Source: Dehalococcoidia bacterium (lineage in GTDB: Bacteria; Chloroflexota; Dehalococcoidia; JAUSIH01). From it: DNA of 64,000 nt. A model generated the notes under the pieces. The model was given only the letters and a program-made list of their open reading frames with translations, had not been told where the DNA came from and searched no databases. This document shows positions 39,955-50,036 of this stretch, piece by piece; within the stretch, counting starts at the first letter, position 1; every line of letters starts with the position of its first letter. The DNA lies in NCBI GenBank assembly GCA_030648205.1, contig JAUSIH010000037.1, positions 3,744-67,743 on the forward strand, read 5' to 3'. The position numbers and the translations under genes are program-made.

Positions 39955-40554
39955 ATGACCATGACGGAAACCCAGCAAAAGGCGCAACAGACGACTACGG
40001 CCCAGGCCGCGGACACCGAGGCCAAGTGGTTTGTTGTCCATACGTACTCCGGCTACGAGGAGCGCGTCCGGCGCAACCTCACGCAGCGCATTGAGACCAT
40101 GGACGTCAAGGACAGGATATTTGAGGTCGTGGTCCCGGAGGAGTCCATCGTCGAGCTGCGGGATGGCCAGCGGCGCGAGCGCAAGGTGCGCGTTTATCCC
40201 GGCTACATTCTCGTCAAGATGGTCATGGACGAGAAGAGTTGGTTTGTGGTGCGCAACACCCCCGGCGTGACCGGCTTCGTCAGCGCCAAGGACGAGAAGG
40301 ACCGGGACGTGCCCATCCCGCTCAGCGACGATGAGGCCCAGGGCATCCTGAAGCGGATTCAGGAGAAGATACCCAAAATCAAGGTGGGGATCTCCAAGGG
40401 CCAGACGGTGCGCATCAAGGAAGGGCCGTTCGTGGACTTCATCGGCACCGTGGACCAGGTCTTCCCGGACAAGGGCAAGGTACGGGTGCTGGTCTCCTTC
40501 TTCGGTCGGGAGACCCCGGTGGAAATGGACTACTTCCAGGTGGAGAAGCAGTAA
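39955..40554 (+). CDS. nusG: transcription termination/antitermination factor NusG
   Basis: 'KWFVVHTYSGYEERV' NGN domain and C-terminal KOW 'GQTVRIKEGPFVDFIGTV'. Confidence 0.9.
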   Translation: MTMTETQQKAQQTTTAQAADTEAKWFVVHTYSGYEERVRRNLTQRIETMDVKDRIFEVVVPEESIVELRDGQRRERKVRVYPGYILVKMVMDEKSWFVVRNTPGVTGFVSAKDEKDRDVPIPLSDDEAQGILKRIQEKIPKIKVGISKGQTVRIKEGPFVDFIGTVDQVFPDKGKVRVLVSFFGRETPVEMDYFQVEKQ

Positions 40555-40584
40555 GCGGAAGGCTTCTGGTATGGACCCGGAGCA

Positions 40585-40616
40585 CCGGCCGGGGGTCGCG
40601 CCCCTGGCCTTATTTT
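40585..40616 (+). terminator. hairpin plus U-tract between nusG and rplK (attenuator/partial terminator)
   Basis: 'ccggccggggg tcgcg cccctggcc' followed by 'ttatttt'. Confidence 0.45.
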
Positions 40617-40630
40617 GTGAGTGAAGCATT

Positions 40631-41053
40631 ATGGCTAAAAAAGTCAAGACAATCGTCAAGCTCCAGATTACGGCGGGCAAGGCCACGCCGGCGCCGCCTG
40701 TCGGCCCTGCCCTGGGCCAGCACGGCGTCAACATCATGGCCTTCTGCAAGGACTATAACGAGCGGACGGCCCAGTACGCCGGCTCGATTGTGCCTGTCGA
40801 GATCACCGTCTTCGAAGACCGGTCGTTCACGTTCGTCACGAAGACGCCGCCCGCCAGCGACCTGCTGAAGAAGGCGCTGGGCGTGGAAAAGGGCTCGGGC
40901 ACGCCCAACAGGTTAAAGGTGGGCAAGCTGCCGCGCTCCAAGATCCGCGAGATCGCCCAGGCCAAGATGAAGGACCTGAACGCTTCGGACGTGGACGCCG
41001 CCATGCGGATTGTCGAGGGCACGGCCCGCAGCATGGGCATAGACATCGTCTAG
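40631..41053 (+). CDS. rplK: 50S ribosomal protein L11
   Basis: '[43 protein letters not shown]'. Confidence 0.95.
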   Translation: MAKKVKTIVKLQITAGKATPAPPVGPALGQHGVNIMAFCKDYNERTAQYAGSIVPVEITVFEDRSFTFVTKTPPASDLLKKALGVEKGSGTPNRLKVGKLPRSKIREIAQAKMKDLNASDVDAAMRIVEGTARSMGIDIV

Positions 41054-41130
41054 TCAGGACACACACCTCGCCGCCGGCGAAGCCGGGACGGGCCGAGGGA
41101 GACGGACAGCCGTCGCTGAGGAGAACACCA

Positions 41131-41844
41131 ATGGCAATACACGGCAAAAAGTTTCAAGAAGCGGCCAAGCAGGTGGACAGGGCCAAGGCCTATGCGCCGC
41201 AAGAGGCTATTGACGTCGCCAAAAAGGCGGCCTTCGCAAAGTTCGACGAAACGGTAGAGGTGCACATGCGCATGGGCGTGGACTCGCGCCAGGCGGACCA
41301 GCAGGTCCGGGGCGTGGCCACGCTGCCTCACGGGCTGGGCAAGACGGTGCGGGTGCTCGTCTTCGCGGTGGGCGACACCGCCAAGGCTGCCCAGGATGCG
41401 GGCGCCGACTTTGTGGGCGGGGATGAGCTGATTGCGAAGGTGGACGGCGGCTGGGTGGAGTTCGACGTGGCGATGGCGACTCCCGACATCATGGGCAAGG
41501 TGGGCAAGCTGGGCAAGGTGCTGGGCCGCAAGGGCCTGATGCCCAACCCGAAGTCCGGCACGGTAGTCCAGGCAAAGGACGTCGCCAAGGCCATCGTCGA
41601 GGCCCGTAAAGGCCGTGTGGAGTTCCGCCTGGACAAGACGGGCATCATCCATGTGCCCGTGGGCAAGGCGAGCTTCGATTCTCAAAAGCTGGCGGACAAC
41701 GTCGCTGCGCTGGTGGACGCGGTCAACAAGGCGCGGCCCGCCGGCGCCAAGGGCCAGTACATTCGCACGGTGTTTCTTAAGACCACCATGGGGCCGAGCG
41801 TCAAGCTGGACGTGGCAGGCATGCTGACGAAGAAGGTGGAGTAG
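41131..41844 (+). CDS. rplA: 50S ribosomal protein L1
   Basis: '[24 protein letters not shown]...[10 protein letters not shown]'. Confidence 0.95.
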   Translation: MAIHGKKFQEAAKQVDRAKAYAPQEAIDVAKKAAFAKFDETVEVHMRMGVDSRQADQQVRGVATLPHGLGKTVRVLVFAVGDTAKAAQDAGADFVGGDELIAKVDGGWVEFDVAMATPDIMGKVGKLGKVLGRKGLMPNPKSGTVVQAKDVAKAIVEARKGRVEFRLDKTGIIHVPVGKASFDSQKLADNVAALVDAVNKARPAGAKGQYIRTVFLKTTMGPSVKLDVAGMLTKKVE

Positions 41845-42049
41845 GAGGCGCGGCGGCCCACCACAGGGCCGCGTACCTGGCGCGCACAAGAACATACAGC
41901 GAGCCGTAGACCGCGAGTGGCCGTAAGGGCCTGAAGGGCGCCAGCCCGCTCGCCGAGGCGCATGAGAGCAGCCCCCCTGCAAGGGGTGTGTTGCACGTCC
42001 CTGCGCTCCCGTCTGCGGCCGCGGGGATTTTTGTTGGAACGGAGGTGTT
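41845..42049 (+). promoter_or_regulatory. rplJ 5' leader (candidate L10 autoregulatory leader / attenuator)
   Basis: A 205-nt structured GC-rich untranslated region ending in 'gcggccgcggggatttttgttgg' just before the rplJ SD. Position is analogous to known L10 leaders. Structure not verified. Confidence 0.35.
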
Positions 42050-42631
42050 ATGCCGGCAAAAAAGATCCCGGAAAAGAAGGTCAAGGCAGTCGAGCAGCTC
42101 CAGGACAGGATAGGGCGCTGCACGATCGCCGTCGGCGTGGACTTCAAAGGCGTTAAGGGTGGCGCCATGACGGCCATGCGGCGCAAGATGCGGGGGCAGA
42201 AGATTGAGGTGCGGGTGGTCAAGAACACCCTCACCCGCATCGCCGCGGAGAAGGCGGGCCGTCCCGACCTGATGAAGGTGGTACAGAACACGACGGCCAT
42301 CGTGTTCGGCTACGGGGACCCGGCGGAGATAGCCAAGGCGGTGTGCGAGTACGGGCAGGCGGAGAAGACGCCCCTGTCGCTTCGGGGGGCGCTTCTTGAC
42401 AGGCGCGTGCTCAGCCTTGACGATCTGAAGGTACTGGCCGCCCTGCCGCCCCGGGCCCAGCTTGTGGCCATACTCCTGGGTCAGATCCAGGCGCCGCTGG
42501 TCCGTCTGGTGTCCGTGCTGAACGGCCCGTCCCGTGGCTTGGTGACGGTCCTGCATCGCCACGCCGAGCAGTTGCAGAAGCAGGTGGCGGCTTCGGCTGC
42601 TCCTGCCGCCCCTGCTGGTCAAATTAGCTAG
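42050..42631 (+). CDS. rplJ: 50S ribosomal protein L10
   Basis: 'KKVKAVEQLQDRIGRCTIAVGVDFKGVKGGAMTAMRRKMRG'. Confidence 0.9.
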   Translation: MPAKKIPEKKVKAVEQLQDRIGRCTIAVGVDFKGVKGGAMTAMRRKMRGQKIEVRVVKNTLTRIAAEKAGRPDLMKVVQNTTAIVFGYGDPAEIAKAVCEYGQAEKTPLSLRGALLDRRVLSLDDLKVLAALPPRAQLVAILLGQIQAPLVRLVSVLNGPSRGLVTVLHRHAEQLQKQVAASAAPAAPAGQIS

Positions 42632-42666
42632 AGCGCGCATAAGCGCGTACTAAAGGAGGAATTGTC

Positions 42667-43053
42667 ATGGCCCTGAGCAGAGAAGAACTGGTGCAAGCCA
42701 TTAAGGAGCTTCCCGCTATGGATCTGGCGGAGCTGGTCAAGGACCTGGAGAAGGCATTCGGCGTCAGCGCCGCCGCGCCCGTCGCCGCGGCCGCCGCACC
42801 CGCGGCAGCAGGCGCCCCCGCAGCCGCCAAGGCGGAGGAGAAGACCGAGTTCACAGTCATCCTCAAGGAGATCGGCGCAAATAAGATCAACGTCATCAAG
42901 GCCGTCCGCGAGGTGACCACACTGGGCCTCAAGGAAGCCAAGGACCTGGTGGAGGCCGCGCCCAAGCCCGTTAAAGAGGGCATCACCAAGGACGAGGCGG
43001 CCCAGGTCAAGTCCAAGTTGGAAGCTGCCGGCGCCGTCGTCGAAGTCAAGTAA
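42667..43053 (+). CDS. rplL: 50S ribosomal protein L7/L12
   Basis: '[45 protein letters not shown]...[35 protein letters not shown]'. Confidence 0.95.
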   Translation: MALSREELVQAIKELPAMDLAELVKDLEKAFGVSAAAPVAAAAAPAAAGAPAAAKAEEKTEFTVILKEIGANKINVIKAVREVTTLGLKEAKDLVEAAPKPVKEGITKDEAAQVKSKLEAAGAVVEVK

Positions 43054-43074
43054 GCACATCTGGCCCCTGCATAC

Positions 43075-43118
43075 AGAAGGAGGAGACCCCGGCGGAAGGG
43101 CCTCCTCCTTCTGTTGCC
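43075..43118 (+). terminator. intrinsic terminator after rplL ('agaaggaggag...ctcctccttct' + 'gttg')
   Basis: An 11-bp perfect stem with a 15-nt loop, followed by a T-containing tract. It ends the ribosomal operon. Confidence 0.55.
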
Positions 43119-43342
43119 GTTCATCCCCTGTACCCCGCCTTGCGGGGCGCGCCAGCGCACCCGTCGGTGGCCCTACTCCCACAACACGTCGCATTGCTTT
43201 TGTTGGCCCCTGAGACGCGGCGAATGACGCCTAAAAGGTCATCTTTCTCCGGCGGCGTTTCCTCCCCTATGACGCTTGCCTTTCGCCGTACCCTCCGCTA
43301 AGCTTTTGCTGACGGACCGATGACTCCCGGCAGGAGGCGCCC

Positions 43343-44050
43343 GTGGACACACATGCCCTCGACTACACCCTCCGTATCCGAGACCTGCCTGCCTCCGAGC
43401 GGCCCCGCGAGCGTCTGCGGGACGCCGGCCCCAACGCCCTCTCCGCCGCGGAGCTTCTGGCGATCCTGCTCCGCACGGGCACTCCCTCCGAGAGCGCGCT
43501 GGCCCTCGGCTCGCGCCTGCTGTCGCAGTTCGGCGGGCTGGCGGGACTCGCCCGCGCCTCGCTCCGCGAGATGTGCGCGACGCACGGTGTGGGCGAGGCG
43601 AAAGCCGCGCAGCTCATGGCAGGCTTCGAGTTGGGGAAACGACTGCTGGCGCTGCATCCGGAGGAGCGCGCCGTGGTGCGCAGCCCGGCGGACGCCGCCA
43701 ACCTTCTTCAGGCGGAGATGGGGCTTCTGGCCCAGGAGCACCTGCGCGTCCTCCTGCTGAACACCAAGAACCGGGTGATCGGCGTCTCGGAGGTGTACAA
43801 AGGCAACGTCAACTCGTCAATGGTGCGTCCCGGCGAGGTCTTCCGCGACGCCATCCGCGAGAATTGTCCCGCCATCATCGTGGCGCACAACCACCCGTCG
43901 GGCGACCCCACGCCCTCGCAGGAGGACGTGCAAATGACTCGAAGACTGGTGGACGCGGGAAAACTGCTGGACATTGAGGTGCTGGACCACCTGATCATCG
44001 CGGGCAACAGCTTTGTCAGCCTCCGCGAGAAGAAGCTGGGGTTTGAGTAG
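43343..44050 (+). CDS. radC: RadC-like JAMM/MPN-domain protein (UPF0758)
   Basis: N-terminal HhH region and the JAMM motif '[22 protein letters not shown]'. Confidence 0.8.
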   Translation: MDTHALDYTLRIRDLPASERPRERLRDAGPNALSAAELLAILLRTGTPSESALALGSRLLSQFGGLAGLARASLREMCATHGVGEAKAAQLMAGFELGKRLLALHPEERAVVRSPADAANLLQAEMGLLAQEHLRVLLLNTKNRVIGVSEVYKGNVNSSMVRPGEVFRDAIRENCPAIIVAHNHPSGDPTPSQEDVQMTRRLVDAGKLLDIEVLDHLIIAGNSFVSLREKKLGFE

Positions 44051-44053
44051 GCA

Positions 44054-46879
44054 GTGATGCATCCGGCCACGTCCTCGCGCCTGACCATTGTAGCCATCGG
44101 CGTTGCGCTGGCCCTCCTCTTCGCGGTGGAGGAGCTGGTCCGCACCATGTCGCCTGCCATCTTTGCCGTTCCTCCGTACATCGTCGGGGTTGCCCTGCTG
44201 GTGTGGGCCACCCGAGGCGTGACCCGCCGTCGTCCGGAGGCTTCCCCCGCGGTCGCGGCGCGAGCGGGGCGGCCGGGAGCAGCGGCTATGGCGCTGCTGA
44301 GCTTCAGCGCTCTCGTGCTGGTTGTCTCGTCCATCCTTGTGATCGTGGACGCGCGCCGCGCTCCGAGCATGTACTTCGACCGGGCCATGGTGCTGATGGC
44401 CGCGGGCATGGCGGCGGGCGTTGTGGGGTTCGCTCTGTGGCTGGGATTCTCGTGGGCCGGCGCGGGCCGCTGGCTGCGCGCGAACTGGCGGGAAGTCGCG
44501 GTGATCGCCGCCATCGTCGTCTTCGGCGCTTTTCTGCGCTTGTACCGCATCGGCGAGTACCCGCCGCCGGGCGGGCTGGCCCAGGACGAAGGGCTGACAG
44601 GTGCGTCCGCGTCGCTCATCGCATTGGATCCCGGCTTCAGGCCGCAGCCCATCCATCCGATCTCGTACTACTACATCGCGGGCTACGCCGCCCGCGTTTT
44701 CGGGGACGACGTGCTCACCCTGCGTCTGGTGCACGTGGTGGTGGGCGTGGCCCTGCTGCCCGCGTTCTACCTGCTGGCGCGCGTCTTGCTAGGCGTCTGG
44801 CCCGCGCTGGCGGTGACCTTCCTTCTGGCCGTCGAACGGTGGTATGTCAACAACAGCCGACTGTTGTACAACTGGATGCACGTGTCGCTGTTTGAAGTCC
44901 TGGCCGTCCTCGGCCTCATCCTGGGATTGCGGACACGGCAGCCGGCGTACTTCGCCCTCGCCGGATGGGCGCTGTCCGAGGGCGTCAAGGGGTACGTCAC
45001 GTTCCGCGTCGTCATCATCGCCGTTGTGCTGTACCTGGTGTGGCTGGCCATCGCTGACAGGCGGGCGCTGAAGGGGAACCTGGTGAATCTGGGCGTCTTC
45101 GCCCTCACCTTCGGCGTCTTCGCCGCGCCGTACATCTCCAACGTCATCCGCGAGCCGTACTGGTTCTTCGAGCGGCACGTGGTCATCCAGAACATCGCCG
45201 CCGACGCGGCGCGTCAGAACCTTACGGTCCCGGACCTTCTGTGGCGGAACGCCCAGGGGATCCTGTCGCTGCTCATGCAGCGGGGCGAGCGCTGGGCCGT
45301 GGAGAACCTGCAGAACGCGCCGTTGCTGGACCCCGTTACAGCGGCGCTGGCCCTGGCGGGCGTGGGCTATGCGCTCGTCCGGTGGCGTCGCGAGGGCAAC
45401 GTCCTGCTGCTTCTGCTCATCGCGGGTACGCTCGCGGGAGGAGGCCTCCTGTCGCAGGACCCCATAGGCCGTCGCATCTTCGGTGTCTTTCCCATCCTGC
45501 TGCTGGTCGGCGGGCAGGCGCTCCTGGACGCGGGCCGCGCACTGGCGGGGGTCGCGTGGCGGCCCCGGCTTGTCCATGCGGCAAGCGCCACGGTCCTGGG
45601 CGTCCTGCTGGTTGGCGCCGCCGTGTCCGGCATCTACACATTCTTCTGGGGCCAGGCCCGGAACCCGGTAACGCTCATGGAGTTCATGGGGCCGCGCGTG
45701 GCGACTGCGAACGGCGTGCGGGCGCTCCCCGGCAGGCCCTATGTGTACCTGATGTCCGACCTGGAGTGGTTCCATCCCATTCAGGACTACACCTGGCTGG
45801 CGGGCCGTCCGGAGGGCCGCAGGGTGCAGGACCTGCGCGACGTGGCGCCCGGCAAGGATGCCCCGGGGCGCGACGTGGCCTTTGTCATCGCCACGCCCTA
45901 CAGCACACGCGCGCTGGCCGTCGAGCTGCAGCGGCTGTACGCGGGCGGCACGGCCACCTGGTACGATTCGCCGTTTCCCTCCGTGCGGCCATACTCGGTC
46001 GTCACCTACTACGTGACGTCGCAGGTCATGGTCAGCTCGCAGGGGCTGCTGTCCATATACCAGGAAGGTCTGTCGCCTCCCCAGCCGTCCGCGCGGCCTG
46101 ACGCGACTCTGGCGCTGGGCTGGGGCGACGGCGGCCCGCCGTCCACAGTGCGCTTCGCACGGTGGGCGGGGGCGCTCTACGCGCCCATCTCCGGAGTCTA
46201 CACCTTCTCACAGCCACCGGGCCACATCCTCGTCCTTGCCGTTGACGGTGTGGAGACGCTGGCGGCGCTGAAGACCCGAACGGCCATCCCCATGGCGCGC
46301 GGATGGCACCGCCTGGAGGCTGTCGCCACCCTTGACCCCGCGCGGCCTCCGCCCATCCTCTCGTGGCTGCGGCCGGACAACGTGGAGGAGCCTGTGCCCG
46401 CCGCGTTTCTGCGTCCTGTTGAAAGGCCGGGTGGACTCCTGGGCACCTACGAGTCGGACTCGCAGTCCTTCCAAGCCATAGACCCCGTGGTCTCCGCGTT
46501 CTGGGCGCCGCACCCGCTGCCGACGCCCTACCGCGTCCGCTGGCAGGGCGCTCTCCTGACGCCGCAGGCGGGAGCTTATCGTCTTGAGATGACGCTGCTG
46601 GGCGGGACGGCAAGGCTGTGCGTTGACGGCAACGAGGTCATCCAGGCGCAAGCCTCCCGCGACCTGCCGGGGATGACCTTCGCCGCGCCGTCGCTGAGCC
46701 TTGATGCGGGCCGGCATGCTGTGGAGATCGCGTTTGTATGGCGCGACAGCGAGGTGTCCGGAGTGGAGCTTCGGTGGGCGCCGCCAGGCGGCCAGATGCA
46801 GGTTATCCCCTCCACCGCGCTGCAGCCGGCCGCGTCGGGCGGTCCGGTGTCGGGCTCAGCCTGCCCGCCGCCTGGCTAG
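44054..46879 (+). CDS. large GT-C-fold (PMT/ArnT-like, GT39/83-type) membrane glycosyltransferase with C-terminal PA14-like domain
   Basis: 941 aa. About 12 TM helices with the first extracytoplasmic loop 'YRIGEYPPPGGLAQDEGL'. The C-terminal ~140 aa ('YRVRWQGALLTPQAGAYRLEMTLLGGTARLCVDGNEV...') resemble PA14/GLEYA. Confidence 0.55.
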   Translation: MMHPATSSRLTIVAIGVALALLFAVEELVRTMSPAIFAVPPYIVGVALLVWATRGVTRRRPEASPAVAARAGRPGAAAMALLSFSALVLVVSSILVIVDARRAPSMYFDRAMVLMAAGMAAGVVGFALWLGFSWAGAGRWLRANWREVAVIAAIVVFGAFLRLYRIGEYPPPGGLAQDEGLTGASASLIALDPGFRPQPIHPISYYYIAGYAARVFGDDVLTLRLVHVVVGVALLPAFYLLARVLLGVWPALAVTFLLAVERWYVNNSRLLYNWMHVSLFEVLAVLGLILGLRTRQPAYFALAGWALSEGVKGYVTFRVVIIAVVLYLVWLAIADRRALKGNLVNLGVFALTFGVFAAPYISNVIREPYWFFERHVVIQNIAADAARQNLTVPDLLWRNAQGILSLLMQRGERWAVENLQNAPLLDPVTAALALAGVGYALVRWRREGNVLLLLLIAGTLAGGGLLSQDPIGRRIFGVFPILLLVGGQALLDAGRALAGVAWRPRLVHAASATVLGVLLVGAAVSGIYTFFWGQARNPVTLMEFMGPRVATANGVRALPGRPYVYLMSDLEWFHPIQDYTWLAGRPEGRRVQDLRDVAPGKDAPGRDVAFVIATPYSTRALAVELQRLYAGGTATWYDSPFPSVRPYSVVTYYVTSQVMVSSQGLLSIYQEGLSPPQPSARPDATLALGWGDGGPPSTVRFARWAGALYAPISGVYTFSQPPGHILVLAVDGVETLAALKTRTAIPMARGWHRLEAVATLDPARPPPILSWLRPDNVEEPVPAAFLRPVERPGGLLGTYESDSQSFQAIDPVVSAFWAPHPLPTPYRVRWQGALLTPQAGAYRLEMTLLGGTARLCVDGNEVIQAQASRDLPGMTFAAPSLSLDAGRHAVEIAFVWRDSEVSGVELRWAPPGGQMQVIPSTALQPAASGGPVSGSACPPPG

Positions 46880-46905
46880 AGGATAGGCCGGCCCTCCGTC
46901 GGTCT

Positions 46906-47385
46906 TTAGGTCGAACTCCAGGGGATGGCGCCGATGGGCCCCACGCTCCAGTCGGGTTCGTATTGACTGTGGCCGAGGGAGAAGAGCGCGACGAGCAGAA
47001 GGATGGCGAAAGCCCACCAGTAGCGGCGGAGCGCGCGGTTGGCCAGCCCCTCGTGGTGCCTGGCAACGCGCCTGGCCCGCTCAATCTGACGATGCACCGC
47101 GTCGTGGGAGACGGCTTCACGTCGCGCCCAGCGGCTCAGAAGCTCGGCGCACTCCGCTTGGGCGAACGCGATCTCCTGGCGCGCGGACGGGCTCGTGGAG
47201 CCGACGGCGAGGGACGAAAGGTAGCTGTGCACCGACCGCAGTTGCTGCCATTCCGTCAGGCCGGGGGACTCGAAGTCCAGGGGGTTGTTGATGGTCAACT
47301 GCTGTTTGAAGAGCTGCATCTTGTTGCCCCCCTCGTTAAACGACAAGGTTAGCATGGCTGACCTTTCCACCGAAAGGCCAGCCAT
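46906..47385 (-). CDS. hypothetical protein with C-terminal TM (last gene of the minus-strand operon)
   Basis: 159-aa ORF directly downstream of lipoprotein A1. The start may be the internal Met ('MQLFKQQ'). Confidence 0.35.
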   Translation of the reverse strand: MAGLSVERSAMLTLSFNEGGNKMQLFKQQLTINNPLDFESPGLTEWQQLRSVHSYLSSLAVGSTSPSARQEIAFAQAECAELLSRWARREAVSHDAVHRQIERARRVARHHEGLANRALRRYWWAFAILLLVALFSLGHSQYEPDWSVGPIGAIPWSST

Positions 47386-47462
47386 GCTGCACAGGCGTCA
47401 ACTCGTACTAGCTACGCGCCGATCCAATGCCTCTTTCGCGGGTCGCCGCCCTGGCGTGCGGC

Positions 47463-49097
47463 TTACGGCACCACCTCTATCGCCAGCCGGAAGATGGGCA
47501 GTTGATATCCATACTCCAGGCTGGGATGGTCCTGAAGCGCGGTCAGTTGCGGCGTCTGGTACATGAAGGGGGGCTTCCCGTGCCCCTGATAGACGGTGGG
47601 GTACAGGTCAATCAAGTGCGTCCCCGGCTGGCCAGTCGCCCGCATGTTAATGACCACATCGCCTTTGCTGTTGAAGCCGCAGGCGTAGCCAATGTAGCTG
47701 TTGTCGTACGTGAGCGTGAAGGTGTTGTCAAGCTCCGTCCATCCGATGCCCTTCACGTGGACCTGGAACATCTCTCCCACCTTCACGCGGGAGGGAGTGA
47801 CCTCCACAAGACTCTGCTGGACGTAGAAGAAGGGCTCCGCGACCACCTTGTCGCCCTGCACGACCTTGAGCGTGTGCCACCCGCCGAGGTCGTCGGGGAC
47901 CTGGAAGTCCAAAGTCAGCGCACCCTGATTGTCCGATTTCGCTGTCCCCAGCGAGAGTTCCGCCAGCGCCCAGCCTCTGCCGCTCACGCGACTGCCTCTG
48001 GCCGTCATGAAGAAGACTTCGGTGGGGGTGTTGGCCGTCAGGCCCGTGACTCGCAGGGTCGCGTTGGAAAGAACGGGCCCTGTCGAGGGCGTGATGGTTG
48101 CCCGCGCTCCGGAGTTTATGGGCGTTTCACTCGCGGTGGTACGTATCGCGCTGAAGTTCAGCTTAACCACGCCCGGCTCCGGCCCGTCCAGGCTGGTGGC
48201 CGGCACGCCTGGGTCTTCCGTGACGGTGAACGTGAACTGGAAGGTGGGGGTATGACCCACTGGCGCCTGCTCCCAGTTCAGGTAGGGCACGCTCTTGTGG
48301 CCGTGCCAGAGTTCAATGACGTGTTTTCCCGGCGGCCCGCTGGCGCGAATAGCCGCCGTGGCCTGTCCACCCGTGGTGACGGTTGAAATGAACCCGGTGA
48401 ACTGGTTATCGTAGGTGAGGACCCAGGTGTTCTCGTACGGCCTCCAGCCGATCCCTTTGCCTTTGATGGTGATAGGCGTTCCTATGGGCCCTTGCGTGGG
48501 GGTGACGGTGAACTCCGGCAGGACGCGGAAGCCTCCCCGCGTCACATCCTGTCCGTCAACCACGCCGTACACGTCATGCACGCCGCCGTAGCCGTCCGGG
48601 GCGACAAGGTTCGCGCTCAGCTTGCCTTGTCCGTCGGTGACGGCGCGGCCGACAGGAACGCGCTTCTCGGTCCACTTGGCTTCGTAAAACTCTATGGTCT
48701 CCTGGCTGGGCTCCATGTCATAGCGTGCGCTCGCCGTCGCCCAGAAGAACTGCACCTCTTTGCTGGCGGGCAGGCCCTCGGCGCTGATGCTGAAGGGCTG
48801 GCCCACGCTGCCCTTGACGGGATTCACGTTGAGCGGCTTTGGGAGAGCGGCGGCGGCTGGCGCCGCCGCGGGCGCTGGCTGTCGAGGCGCGACCGCCGCC
48901 ACCGCTTCCGGCGCGCGCGGCTGCTCCATCTGCTTGGCCGCGGCCGGTGCGGCGACCGGCGCGGAACGCGGGGGTGCGGGAGAGGCCGATGAAACTCCCG
49001 GCGTACAGGCCGCCGCCAGCACAATCAGTCCAGAGAGGGCCAGATTGAATCCGGCCATCGGCAGATGTCGCTTTGGGAACGTTGCAAGGTTTTTCAT
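47463..49097 (-). CDS. uncharacterised lipoprotein 'A1' (~540 aa, internally duplicated beta-rich domains); paralog of 50037..51653
   Basis: SD 'gaaaggggggagg', then ATG at 49097. Lipobox 'VLAAAC'. Two internal repeats ('TVTPTQGPIGTPITIKGKGIGWRPYENTWVLTYDN' / 'EVTPSRVKVGEMFQVHVKGIGWTELDNTFTLTYDN'). Co-linear and similar to A2 over the whole length. Confidence 0.6.
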   Translation of the reverse strand: MKNLATFPKRHLPMAGFNLALSGLIVLAAACTPGVSSASPAPPRSAPVAAPAAAKQMEQPRAPEAVAAVAPRQPAPAAAPAAAALPKPLNVNPVKGSVGQPFSISAEGLPASKEVQFFWATASARYDMEPSQETIEFYEAKWTEKRVPVGRAVTDGQGKLSANLVAPDGYGGVHDVYGVVDGQDVTRGGFRVLPEFTVTPTQGPIGTPITIKGKGIGWRPYENTWVLTYDNQFTGFISTVTTGGQATAAIRASGPPGKHVIELWHGHKSVPYLNWEQAPVGHTPTFQFTFTVTEDPGVPATSLDGPEPGVVKLNFSAIRTTASETPINSGARATITPSTGPVLSNATLRVTGLTANTPTEVFFMTARGSRVSGRGWALAELSLGTAKSDNQGALTLDFQVPDDLGGWHTLKVVQGDKVVAEPFFYVQQSLVEVTPSRVKVGEMFQVHVKGIGWTELDNTFTLTYDNSYIGYACGFNSKGDVVINMRATGQPGTHLIDLYPTVYQGHGKPPFMYQTPQLTALQDHPSLEYGYQLPIFRLAIEVVP

Positions 49098-49133
49098 CGT
49101 CCTCCCCCCTTTCATTCGATGTACAGGCCGTTG

Positions 49134-49928
49134 CTATTCAATGATCTGGAGTCGCGTGTCCTCAGGGGGACTGCCTTGAGGAAAGATCAGGTACGGGGGC
49201 TTCCATGTGTACTTGCGCCCGTCCTTGGTGGCTATGTCAAACTCGTAGGTCAGGGCGCCCAGCGGATAGTTGAGGGGGACATCCCATTGGGTCACCCACA
49301 TGAAAGGGGCGTCAGGCTGGCGCCCGCCGGCGCGCTGGCCGAACCGCACGGTCTTTTCGTCGCCGTTCTGCATGCGCAGCTTGACGGTCGATCCATCCTG
49401 AGGTGTAAGGCGCTTCCCCGTGGATGTGTCGAACACTTCGAAGCGCCAGACTATGTTCATCCCGCGCTTGAACACGGTGGCGCCGACACAGGCGATGCTG
49501 CCCTGGATGACGTCTTCGGCATTGATCTTCAGATTGCCATGGGAGGAGGTCAGCACTTCCACGTAGACAACGAACGGGACGGGCTCGTAGAGAGAGGGTG
49601 GTGGCGGGGGTGGTGGTCGTGGCGTCGGGGCGCCGGGCACGGGCGTTGGCGCCGGTGTCCGCGGCTTGGCCAACGCCGCCGACACGAGCGCCATGCTGCC
49701 GGCTTGCTTGGCCGCGGCGGCTGCCTTCTGCTGCGCCGCCTGAATCTCCTGGTCCTTGGCGGCGAGTTGCTTCTGCAGGTCCGCTGCCTTCTTTTCCTGG
49801 GCCGTCGCCTGCGCCTTCGCGGCGTCCAGGTCTGCCTGGGAGATGCCGCTGCAAGCCGAGGCCAGCATGAGGATCGTGCCCAGCAGTCCGAACACTGCCG
49901 ACTTCTTGAACCGTATGCCGAATTTCAT
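49134..49928 (-). CDS. uncharacterised lipoprotein 'B1' (coiled-coil plus Pro-rich linker plus C-terminal domain); paralog of 51684..52493
   Basis: SD 'aaggaga', then ATG at 49928. Lipobox 'MLASACSG'. 'SQADLDAAKAQATA' coiled coil, a 'PPPPPPP' linker and the C-terminal domain 'VWRFE..D..TGKR.T..DG.TVK.R...GE......QRAGGR.PDAP.MW...WD.PLNYPLG'. Confidence 0.6.
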   Translation of the reverse strand: MKFGIRFKKSAVFGLLGTILMLASACSGISQADLDAAKAQATAQEKKAADLQKQLAAKDQEIQAAQQKAAAAAKQAGSMALVSAALAKPRTPAPTPVPGAPTPRPPPPPPPSLYEPVPFVVYVEVLTSSHGNLKINAEDVIQGSIACVGATVFKRGMNIVWRFEVFDTSTGKRLTPQDGSTVKLRMQNGDEKTVRFGQRAGGRQPDAPFMWVTQWDVPLNYPLGALTYEFDIATKDGRKYTWKPPYLIFPQGSPPEDTRLQIIE

Positions 49929-50036
49929 GCGTTCTCCTTTGTCAGTGGGGTGGTCTCGTCCATATGATGGTCGGTGCTTCAACCCAGACAAGCTGTATAT
50001 TTCGGGTCTCACCTCCGTTGGCTACCGCCTGGCCAG

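Noticed and set aside
39496-40749. 417-aa minus-strand ORF
   Set aside because: It lies antisense to rpmG, secE, nusG and rplK, all of which have unambiguous sense-strand identities.
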